Positions 40,601-51,644 of a stretch of 64,000 nt of DNA are shown here, piece after piece (position 1 is the first letter of the stretch; each line of letters begins with the position of its first letter). The DNA is taken from positions 62,001 through 126,000 of the forward strand of contig MNCI01000459.1 in assembly GCA_015680685.1 (NCBI GenBank), given 5' to 3'. A program made the position numbers and the translations under genes. The stretch is from Gnetum montanum (Eukaryota > Plantae > Gnetophyta). The notes beneath the pieces were generated by a model. The model was given only the letters and a program-made list of their open reading frames with translations. It had not been told where the DNA came from and did not search any database.

Positions 40601-41036
40601 TGTTATGAGCTATAATTATTTATGTACCCTTTGGGAATGCATTTCACCCATGTCAATTAAGGTTGGGTTTAAAGGTTGTGCTAGCATGGAGTAATAAGCC
40701 AAAAAAAAAAAAAATAAGTGATGGGAGTTGGATAAACAGGAATAAGAAGGAAATAAACACCCCTTCGGCTCGATAGCCTAACCATGGTAGTAGTCTTGAA
40801 TTACCTCTAAGGCTTAAATATCATGGAAAGATAAATCAAAGGGCATTACTGTATATCACTCTTATTAATAAATTTTTTTCCATTTTCTCTCCTTATTCTG
40901 TGTATTATCCAATTATTTATTTGTCAGGTATTTTATGATATTTTCATTATAATGCTTATGAATGTGATGAATTAAGAAATGAATGATCATGTTCTTTATG
41001 ATAAGTAGGAATAGGATGTCACATTTGGTATCAGAG
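40601..41036 (+). mobile_element. LTR 3' end plus tRNA-iMet PBS of another LTR element (chromovirus- or copia-like); LTR start approximate
   Basis: ...ggatgtcaca (ends 41023) followed by tt TGGTATCAGAG (41026-41036). Confidence 0.6.
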
Positions 41037-42343
41037 AAAACCATGATTTAAGAGCCAAATTGGATGAAAAAATTATTTTATTATTAATTTAGAAGCCAAA
41101 TGGAATAAACTATTATATTATTATTATTATTATAAAAGAAGAAGTATCATAAAGCCAAATACATGTGAAAAGAAATGAAACAGAGAATAGGAAAGAGGAG
41201 AAATAGAGGAACAAAGAAGCATACTAATGATTAGTTATTTTTCTAAAAGGCATCAAAGACATTTGAAGTTTCCTTCAATTGCACTTCTTGTTCTTCATTA
41301 GTGATGTCCTTTTTACTGAGCACTTCCTTACATCTCACCAAGATGCTACACAATTACTTAATGTATTTAGAGTCACTTTTTGCTATAATTGCTAATTCCT
41401 CCCTTCTCTTAAGTTGGGCTTCCAACATCTCCCCTTGATGTGATCTATTGTTAATGTATTTTTTCCATTCTTTTTCTTTCCTTTACATACCAAAAAAAAG
41501 ATATAAAAGTTATGAATTATGAACAACAAGATCAAATAGAAAAAAAGAAGAAGAGTAAGAACTACTCACCTAAAGCTGATCATTATTAATTTGAAAAAAC
41601 CATTAATGGGTAAGTACATGGTATGCCAAACATGTGGCACTTTTCAAATCTCCTAAGAGTTACTCCAGATTCTTAATAATTTCTAGAGCATCCTCTGAAA
41701 TTGGATGGAAGAATGATGGAGCACTACCTTGTACAAATTCATAGTCTTCCTTCAAGTTACATGATCTAGATTTTCTTAAGTGATAAATACCCTCAAAAAC
41801 AAAATAAGGTATATTCGTAGTAATGCATTGATTAAAATTCTGAAAAAGAATGAGTTCTTCTTTGGTAGTTTTCACTATCTATCCTAGCAAGTAGGAGGAA
41901 CCCAAGATAGAGACTGAAGGAGTTACTAGAGAAAAACCAAGAACGAATGTTAGTACAACCTATTGTAAGGAACTCATTACCAGAGTCACATGAGCATGTG
42001 CTACAAGTAGTGACATCAGTGGAGGAGAAGGAGTTCATTTGAAAGCTACCTCTATAGTTATATCCATTTGCATTTCCTAGATGAAGTGCCTCTAACCCAT
42101 AGATATGTACAACATAAGAAAACATCACACAAGAAGAAGAAAGAAAAAAGGAAAGTATTCAAACCTTTAAAATTAATTAGATTTACATTTGGTTTCTTTT
42201 CTTTATCCTTTCTTGTATCCTTTTATTGGGATTTATCCTTTTATCTAGCAATTAAGAATACTGGGCTACTAGATCCTTACCTAGTACATTAACTTTGTAA
42301 AAAGAAAATTTATTAGAAAAACGAATATATAAAGTAAAATAAT

Positions 42344-43054
42344 TGAAACACCTTAAAATTTCAGGACCATCATGCTTTAGTACAATCTTGGAATTTAGTC
42401 AAGGACTTCCACAAGTGCAATGTCATGATAGTTCAGTAGGAAAATGTAGGCACTATGGTTGAACTGTATAGTTTGGCAAGTTTTCTATCTCCAGAACTGA
42501 TAAGCCCGATGGACTCTCCGGCCTGCGCAACTAGACAATTGACCTGGCTGACAGTCTACCCATAAACTATGCTGGGAGTTTCTGAAAGTGTTTGGTATGA
42601 GAAAAATAGTTTGGCAAGTTTTCTAGTGAAGAAGTCTGCTACGCTACTCTATGCTATGTAGCGTAGCAAGCTTCAAAAGATACCTACTCAAGCAACCAAG
42701 TGCTAAGTGATAGAATGATTGTAAAATAAGTCATCAATGCAAGATGCTATGCTATGTAGCATAACATAGTGTAGGAAAGGGAAAGTAGAAAGGCCCATCT
42801 TGCCAAGTGATTCTAACCAAAAAGTTGCACTTGGCAACACCTCAGCCTCCAAAATCGGTTGCCCTACTTAGCCTTTGGGCCTCAAGAAAAATTCCTTACT
42901 AGAAAATGATGAATTAAACAAAAGAGAAAGATATGATGGTTTCTACACCATGCTATGCTACATCATGTAGCATAGTGTAGCAACAATGAAAAAGTAGGAA
43001 AAGCATTTCAAACATGAGTTCAACGAGTTCAAAAGCTCTCTAGCATGAAGGACA
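42344..43054 (+). mobile_element. 5' part of a Tat-family LTR, interrupted at 43055
   Basis: Begins TGAAACACCTTAAAATTT; inverted homology to 44300-44653; GCTAC/GTAGC repeats. Confidence 0.7.
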
Positions 43055-44653
43055 TGTAGTGACCGAAAATGTTGGCGGCTGGAACGAAACACCGAGGGGT
43101 TGTCAATTATGACAATCTTGACCTCGTATCTGCAGGAGAGCCATGCTAGATGGGATGGATACCAGGCACCCTAAACGGTCTGGTCAATCAGACAGGGACT
43201 TAGTCAGCATCTATATAGCCTTTTGCAATGTATGAAAATGTAAAAATGGGATTTATTGCAAGAGATGATGCTCGAATGTATAAAAGGAAAAAATCGATGT
43301 AAAATATAATAACAAGCAAGAAATAAAGTAAAAATGCAGTTAAAAAAGTGCACCACTTCGAGGCTACAACTTTGCTTTGTCAAAGTGGATACAATCGGTT
43401 GCATGGCGCTGGGAGGTGCAGAGATCCCAAGAGTAACCAAGACTTGTAGAGCAAGACGACTGTGCACTTGAACGTGGACTCAAGTGTTAACAATGCTCAA
43501 TGCTACCAAGGTGGTAGGAAAGAGCCAACCAGAATGCCAACTAGGGATGCTAACTATCTACAATGTCAAACAGAGTGCTTACAATGCTCTAGATTATAAT
43601 TGCGAAAAGTCCAAAAATTTGGAAAGAAGACCAAAAAGAGGACCCCTTGAATGTTGCATGTTGGGGTATTTATAGGGGCAAGAGCATGCGAAAAGGGTAG
43701 TTTGGACACTATGCATCTTGGGCCCACATTGACTTATCTACACTGCACGTGCCTACATGATCATTGGGTGAGCTTACCATGTAGTAATTATGAACCTACC
43801 ATGCCGTAATTGCACTATCAAAGCAATGGTCAATTAAGTGAAGTGCATTGATGTCGCACAACCACCTACTGTGCTCCACTATTCTTCGTAGTGTAGCATG
43901 TTTGGAGGTGTAGCATAGAATCTTGCTACGTGTTTTGCTGCATGTATTGGAAGCTTTCAAAGCACACTGGTTGTTCAACATATGCTTGCTATGCTATGCT
44001 AGGCAATGTAGCATAGCAACTAGCCTTAGTCGCAAAATCGTCACCAGTCTGTGAAATTTGCCCTTTTGCACTATGAAACTTGTGATCTTGTTGATTGTGC
44101 ACTTTGAGTTACCTTCTGTCAACCTTCACAGAATTTCTACGCCTCACTATGCCATGTAGCTTAGTGTAGCATAGCAGCAAGCATGGCCTAATATCGGCCA
44201 AGTTCACTACTTTCTGACGGAAGGAGACATTGCCGAAGGACTTGAAGTCAAGAGAGGGGGCTAATCACCCAGCTGTTGGTATGCTACACTACGCTGCGTA
44301 GCATAGCATGACACTTTGTTCTATAATTTCTTTCTGAAAATTGCTATGCTACATAGCGAGACGTAGCGTAGCGTAGCAAAGTTCATGACTTAGAAAAGTT
44401 GTTGAACTATTTCTCACATTCTGAGTGCTATTGCCGACTCTGCGCATCACTTCTGAGCAAGATGTTGGCTAGGAAGACTACTTAGGTGGACAGGAAGGAT
44501 GATCCGTAGAGCTTGTTTACACCTAAAGTAGAAAATTTTCTGAACTAGCTAGCCTGAGTTTAGAGTGTTCTCATCCCAAAGAACTGTCGTAGCATTGTGT
44601 GGTTTGCAAAGACCTAGTGAAGCAATAATGCCTTCGAATTTTGGAATGTTTCA
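43055..44653 (-). repeat. Tat LTR, subfamily Y (1599 bp), with PPT at about 44654-44667
   Basis: Minus strand starts TGAAACATTCCAAAATT and ends ...GTCACTACA; termini and adjacent PPT homologous to those of 47469-50020. Confidence 0.75.
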
Positions 44654-47468
44654 TTGGCCCTACTTTATCGATGTCTAGAGGATGGGCTTGAGAGATGTTG
44701 AAAAAGAAAAGGAAATACCATGGAAGGTATGATGCTAACATTTCCACTTGGTGAGCACCAGGACATCGCTCGGCTAAACTTGAGAGTGAAAGGATAAAGC
44801 AGGGAGGAAGAAGGTTCAGGAGAAAGGTAAAGATGATGTTTAGCTTGTTCATATTTTCATCTTTACCTTTGTTGGCCTTCAACCCTCTTTAGGATAGGTG
44901 TTCCTTTTCCAAGATGAGCTGCATTACATCTGGGGAGTTTTAACCTACCTACAGATGCTTCCCATGCAGTGAGCTATGTTATGCACATCATGGAACTTGC
45001 ATCCTGAAGTAGCCAAGCTAGTTGAGGCACTCACTTTACGACATTGTAGCATATGCTGCTGTAGCAAGATATAGCCTCTGTCAGTGAGGGAAAATGTCTT
45101 GCTAGCTACAAACATTGTTGAAGCTCTTGGACACCCGTTCTGGTGCACGATGTCCAAAGTAGGAAGGCTAGTAGTGGCCTTGGTGGCACCAGCGTGGAGG
45201 AGCTGGCCTCGAAGGTGTTGAGAGTTTTTGTGAGTGCGGATGCTCTAGAATCCCTGCAAAAGGCATGCATTCTTTGTACAGCTATGGGATCAGTTACTAC
45301 ATAGCTAAACATTAAATGGGCCAAGGAGTTACCATGGAGTTGGAGGGTAACAATATTGTGGCTGGGCCACAATACTGTTGGAACTCCAGCTACGGGAACT
45401 AGCCAAGGAACTACCATCAGGGTGGTGGGCCTTGGCGATGGCAGGTTCGAAGGGCCAGTGTGATGTCATATGACATATCCAAAGGGTCAGCATGATGCCA
45501 AGGGTGGCAGCTTCGTGTGTGTTCCAAACCGTGTTCTCATTATGTTGTGAACTACGTTTTGAAGCTATGACGTCCCACCCACGCGTTAGCATTGTACATG
45601 CTTGTTTGATGCGTACTTGGCGTAGATGCATGCTAGGAATGTACTGCAAATCCAATTTAAGGTCTTAGTAGACCATGTGCTAGTTTAGATGTTGGTTTAG
45701 ACTATGTGTTGAACAATTAATGAAAACGAGCATGAGCAGGATACTTTGCAAACGTTAGCAAACGAGTCACGAATTGAGTCAGCAACTCTTCCAAGGTCGA
45801 GATGGAAGAGTGAGGAAGTGCACAGTACCAATCCAAAGATTTACCAGTTAGGGACATAGAAAAGACACACATTATGGTATGTGGCCATTGTTGCAGCAAT
45901 AATGACTCTGACCTAAAGGTAACTAGGTGGGCGTTGGGATCACCTTCCCCATTGTATTTTGTAAAATGAGGGAGTGGCATCCAAGGAGGTAATGACAAGA
46001 TGGGTACTATCGGACTAATAGGATCATCATGGTAGAAATCCATGACCTATACTATGTCAAAATCAGTAGTCTTAAGGTGTTTAACCTCCTTAGTAAGGGT
46101 TTGAATAAGCTGGAAGGCTTGATATAGACTCGAGGACGAAGAGGTTGGTTGTGGCATAGTAGGAGGAGCCACAATGGGTGGTGGGATAGGGGCAGTAGCT
46201 TGGCCTGTGAGCAATGCTATCAAAAATGTCCCTACAGGTGGTACTATCTGTGTCATCCACAACCTGGTAGGTGGTGCAGATGGGGTGACAACTATCGATT
46301 GTGCCATGGGATACGTTTTTTGTGTGGTCGGGGGCACAAACAATGACCCTGCAATGGGATTTACCATCTGTGGGACTTGGTGATAATGATGGTGAATATG
46401 GGACATCTGTGTAGCTTGTGCAATGAGGGATGATGTATTTAGAGCCCATGACGTAGTAGTGGTGGGTCCTGCTACTAATGGAAATGTGGTAACAAGGGCT
46501 AGGAAGGATGCGAAAGCTGTGTACAATTGCGAGGTGGGTGCTGTGTGGGCATATGGTAACGTAGGTGTGGGTACGCGATGAGATGGATTGGCTAATTATG
46601 ACTACAGAGGAATGGACTGTGAAGGGAAAACACCTAGGAAGGCAACTGGAGAGAAGAAATGCTGATGGGGTGAGTGCAGGATATGGTTGGTAGTAGACAA
46701 CGACAAAGGTGTACTGACCGTAAACAACAGATTTACACGGGATGTTGTGGAGGGAGGAGCTACAACAAAGCTAGCGTGACTGCCTTCCTCGGAGTGGGAA
46801 TCTAGGTCCTCCTACCCATCATGGGGCCCTTCATCATGGAATAACTCTTCTCATTATTCTATTAATGCCCTAGCCATTAATAGCTGATCTAATATCCACT
46901 ATTGTTGGTCTATCAGGCGTATGGAGGCATTAGGTGAAGGAACGAATTCCTTCCCGTTATAGTATATGAACTCATATTCTTGTTTATCTTCGAGTTCTTG
47001 TGGATACATAGGCATATTCACCATAGTTTTGGTGCAAAGGGAGTTGTAATGTTTCCTACGCTGAGCATGTCCCTCAGGAACTTTATTTTGAATCCTGAGG
47101 AACCAGCATAGCTACACCGGACTGGTTGGTGATTCATCAACAACAGGTGTAACTTGTAGGGTCCAGGGGTTTTCGAGGCTAGCGGTGTCAACAGCAGTGG
47201 TTGATGCAGCCATTCTCTATGCATCTATAGGGTAATGATAACAAGGATAAAGATCAAAAAGGAAAAAGCTAGCTAATGGCAAAAGTGGGATTTCTATCCT
47301 GCTGGATTCCAGAGGAATCTTCGGGGCGACTGATCTGTACCACACGATCACGTAAACAACCATGGGGTTTTCATGTTTACGTTAGTCAATAATGGTTATA
47401 GATAGATTATAGGACTACTGGTTAAATATAGATCATAGGTTTAGGCCCTCCTTCTAGTTCCATAAAAC
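44654..47468 (-). mobile_element. Internally deleted Tat unit A (5' gag joined to a 3' region)
   Basis: 45764-47468 is a diverged copy of 61123-62827; homology stops abruptly at about 45764 in mid-gag. Confidence 0.85.
47445..47462 (-). promoter_or_regulatory. Primer-binding site, tRNA-Asn type
   Basis: Minus strand TGGAACTAGAAGGAGGGC, close to TGGCGCTAGAAGGAGGG, 6 nt from the LTR end. Confidence 0.75.
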
Positions 47469-50020
47469 TGTAACGATGGAAAATGTCAGTTGCTGGAAAC
47501 ACCGAGTGGAGTTCTGTGTACACAGTTCCAACCCCAGATCCGTGCGAGGGTCGTTCTAGGGAAAATGAATCTGAGGTGCCCTGAACAGTCTTTTTGAGCA
47601 TGCAGGAAATTACTTAATCAGTAAATTTTGTTAATGATCGTATCCTGAGATGATAATTTCAATGTGAGAATATAATATCAATTGACGAGAAAACGAGATT
47701 TTCTCCACGATCAGATCTTGAAGGTAATGACAATGATGTAAACAATGAAAAACAATTGTAAAATCAATGTAAATAAGATGCAATAAATTGAATTTGGAGA
47801 ATATACAATCCTAAGATCTGGGATTTAACTTATAGACAAATATGATGGATACAATGGAATTTGCAAGTGAACTTCGGTTTAGATGAAGTACATGCCACCA
47901 ACAAGAAGCTATATAGAGATGAAGCAAGTAAAAGGCTAATCTACCTTGTTTACTAGCCAATCTAGGCACAAGGGAGTCAAGATCAAAGAAAAGTATTTGT
48001 TAACTTGAAATCTCTAACCAAAAGCTTCTCTTTGTCACCGTCGATGCTCTTTTGATTGCGAAGTCTGTTTTTTGTCGTCTCGCCGATCTTTGCCAAAATT
48101 GTTAATAATTTCCAATAATCACCAACCCTTTGAGCATTTTTGGCTGGGGTATTTATAAGGTTAGGGTTAGGAGAAGAATGCAGTTGAGATGACACATGTC
48201 TTGGGCCCACAAAATACCATTTGAAACACCACAAAATTTTGAGCCTAGTACTTTTCCAAAAGGAATCAAGCTAAGTCACGATGCTCCCCAGCATGACTAA
48301 AGCTTGAGGACCCCACAAACAGCTTCAAGCAGAGTCAAACTCAATGAGGAGCAGTTCCTTAGGACCCGCTGATGACCATGAAAACATCTGCTATCAGAAA
48401 TGGCAACTTCGGAGTGCAACATACTTAGTTTTTACTAAGTATGTGTTTCTAGCATATACGCCCAAGTTCACATTCACAATGTATATGCCCAAAATATACA
48501 CTCAAGTCCAGCATTCACATCGTATACGCCCAACGTTCACAGCGTATATGCCCAGCGTATATGACCGGCATGCAACCCCCAAAGATGGCAAAGAAACAGC
48601 ACTTCAGAGCAAGATTTGATACAAGGCAACAATTCACACAAATAGAGCAACCATTAGCGTATACACCCAGCGTATACGCCTAGCATCCATCAGCGTATAC
48701 TCCCAGCATCCATCAGCGTATACGCCTGGCATCCATAACATATACACCCAGAATCTACGCCTGCCTGATACAGCGTATACGCCGAGCGTATATGCCCAAT
48801 AGATGTAACATGTTGTACACTTGTAAATTTTATTCTTTCACGCCCGGTCAATTCGCCACATGTCACCCAATCTGAGTCTAACGTCTAAACTTGCATAAAA
48901 GCCCTAATTTTTCATTAGAACGGGGTTGGCAAAATTTGAGCAAACCAGAGAAGAAAATAGAGATGCTAAGAACCAAAATAGAGAACCTGGTATGCTGGAC
49001 CTCAACCCTGTACGCTGAGCATACAGCCTTTATGCTGTGCCTGCAGTTTGAACCAGCCTATAGTCATCCCTGCATCCACCGGGGCTATTCGTCTGCCTTG
49101 TGTGAAAGTGACAACTACATTAGACCGGTGCATTATAACTCTCACTTTTCTATAATATTGCTGCATTTTCTTCCAAAAATTTGTTACAGTTTTCCATTTA
49201 TTATTTCATGTTTGCTATTTATGCTCTGGTACGTTTACGCTTCGTTTACATCAGTTACACCGTTTACACCTTGTTTCACATCGGTTACGCTGTTTACGTA
49301 TAACCCAGCATATAGCACTTCGGTGTACGTTCGGGGAAATCCTTGCCTGATCCACGTGCGGACCATGCAAGGTACTCTACCTTCATTAAATTCTAGCTTG
49401 CCCTTAGGTGAAGGTAGGATCTTCTGTACACGTTTGGTGATCCCCCAGTTTCTGTTTCCTTCCAGCCAGAGACCGACGATTTTGGACGATACACCATTGA
49501 CTTGATGTGCTGTAGCTAAATCTTGCAACGCTACACTATGCTATGCTCTGAAGCATAGTATAGCGTAACCACCCCTTGAAGAAGATAGTTTATTTGACCT
49601 TATCTCTTGCATTGAATAAACTATCTGACAACTATGCTTAGATATGCTGGGAAGTGTATCGTGGCATAATGATTGTTGCTGCTTGAATCTTGTTATCTTT
49701 GTTGTCGCGGCTAAGTCAACCATGCTACTTACATTACATTGCGCTACGCTACGTTACGCTGCATAGTGTAATCTGGTATAGCACACAAAAAGATAAATTT
49801 TTGAACATGGCTAACTTGTGAAGCTGAAGTGTTGTTGCTGTGCATCCCTTGTTCTATTCTATCTCCTAAAGTCTGCTATGCTGAGCTACATAGCGTAGTG
49901 TAGTAGGCCCTTAGCCAAAAAGGGAAAACTTGTCGAGATGTTCCCAAACTTGTGAAAATACTTGCCAAAATTTTGAGACTTTGCTAAATCATCGAGGTCT
50001 CAAAATTTCACGATGTTTCA
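47469..50020 (-). repeat. Tat LTR, subfamily X (about 1275 bp without the nested insert), shared by units A and B
   Basis: Direct repeat of 62828-64000; PBS on one side and PPT (50021-50034) on the other. Confidence 0.88.
48222..49493 (+). mobile_element. Solo LTR (1272 bp) of a related Tat family nested in LTR X
   Basis: TGAAACACC...GACGATACA; perfect TSD CCATT at 48217-48221 and 49494-49498; empty site visible at about 63570-63590. Confidence 0.92.
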
Positions 50021-51209
50021 ATGGCCCCTCTTTGTTGACGTTTGGAGGGCTTGCCTGAGAGACATCAACAAAGAATGCGAAACACCACAGAGGTAAAGAT
50101 GCGAACATCGTCCATCGGTTGCTGCTCGGATGTTGCACTGCTAAACCTGGAAGTGCAAATGTTGGGAGCGTAAGGGGTGGAAGAGGGAATGTACAAGTGT
50201 GAGGGAGAGAGGTTTGAGGAAGACTCAGGCATGAATAGGATACTTTGCAAACATGCTAATAGATAATTTCTCGTGGGTGTTTTTCGCGAGAGGTTACATT
50301 GCTTGTACTATATATGCGGGGCTTGCCTAGATGAGTTGTGTGTTACACCCATATGACCTGGACGAGTTGTGTTTCATCCATTTTTCCTAGCTTTGTCTTT
50401 TTTTTGAATATAGATGCATTCCATGAGGCGAGTTGCGTTATGCCAATTCATGGATGTGATGGTTATCATGTACGAAATACTTCCTATATGCTCACATTCT
50501 ATACAAATAGGAGGAGAAGGTAAGGATGGTTGTAAAGATAAGGGAAGAAGAAAGTAAGATAAGGTATCTGGTGGGGAAAGGTAGGGTTTGCACTCCAAAG
50601 TAGTCAGGCTAGTCTGAGCAGCCACCTTAGAATGCTGTGATGCCTCACCCTCCTAGTGGATGCATTTTTGAACAACACTATCGTAGCAAGTAACCTGCAA
50701 AATTTAACAAAGAATAGAGAACAAAAGTAGTCGTCCTAATCACTGGAAAGGTTGTTGAAACAAGTGTTATCTGAAGCAAAAATGAGAACACAGGCCATGG
50801 AGAGGGGACCATAGCAAGAGGCGAGGATCCCTTTGTTGACACTGTGGCTTAGGAATTCGTCATTGATAGCCAAATTCATCTTATTCATCTGACTAGGCAA
50901 GGAGCCAGTTAGATGAATCTGCGAAGCCAGACCCTAGTGGTGGTGATGGTTGGAGGTAGCCAAGGCTATGGGAGACCATAGTTTCCTTGGGGTCCCAATT
51001 GGTGATGCTAACCTCAGGAGCTACAATTGCTAAGCAGTCATTGTAGCAGTATCTCTGAGGGGTCAGTAGTATGCCTTTCGGCATATCTGAGGAATTAGTA
51101 GAATGCTGGGGGTAGTGACGTTGCTTCTGTTCCAACATCGTACTCATTCTTTCTGATGGGGATGTTGTGCAAGAATGATCAAGTCCACCTATTTAGTGGA
51201 TGGTTTGTT

Positions 51210-51620
51210 GGGAGATCCTAGTTTTAGGTCCTAGTAGACTATCATTGCTGGTTTTAAGTTCCAGTGGACCATGGTCTTGGTTTAAAGTTTGGGTAGACTG
51301 AGTGCTAGTTTTATGTCATAGCAGATAGTGGGAGAGCTAGTTTATGGTCTCAGTAAATTGTGCTATGGGTGTTAGTTTTGTGTCATACCTAGGCACAAGT
51401 CTGTGCTGTTTTAGCGTCTCAACAAATGAAGGCTTACCTTGCCAGTTTTGCATCGTGGTAGATGGTTGAAAGATCTACTACTTTAGCATCGTGGCGGATG
51501 CATGAAAGAAATGCTAATTTTACGTCGTAGTAGACGTGTACAACATCACTAGTTTTACGTCGTAGTGGACGTATGTTACAAGGCCAAATTTACATTGTAG
51601 AGGATGTATGTTACCTTACA
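51210..51620. repeat. Degenerate ~35-bp tandem repeats downstream of integrase
   Basis: Recurring ctagttttaggtcctagtaga and tagttttacgtcgtagtggacg-like units. Confidence 0.6.
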
Positions 51621-51644
51621 TTTAAGTTTAGCTGACATCTAAAT

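Noticed and set aside
48891-49505. 204-aa ORF
   Set aside because: Lies within a solo LTR, non-ATG start, no recognisable motifs.
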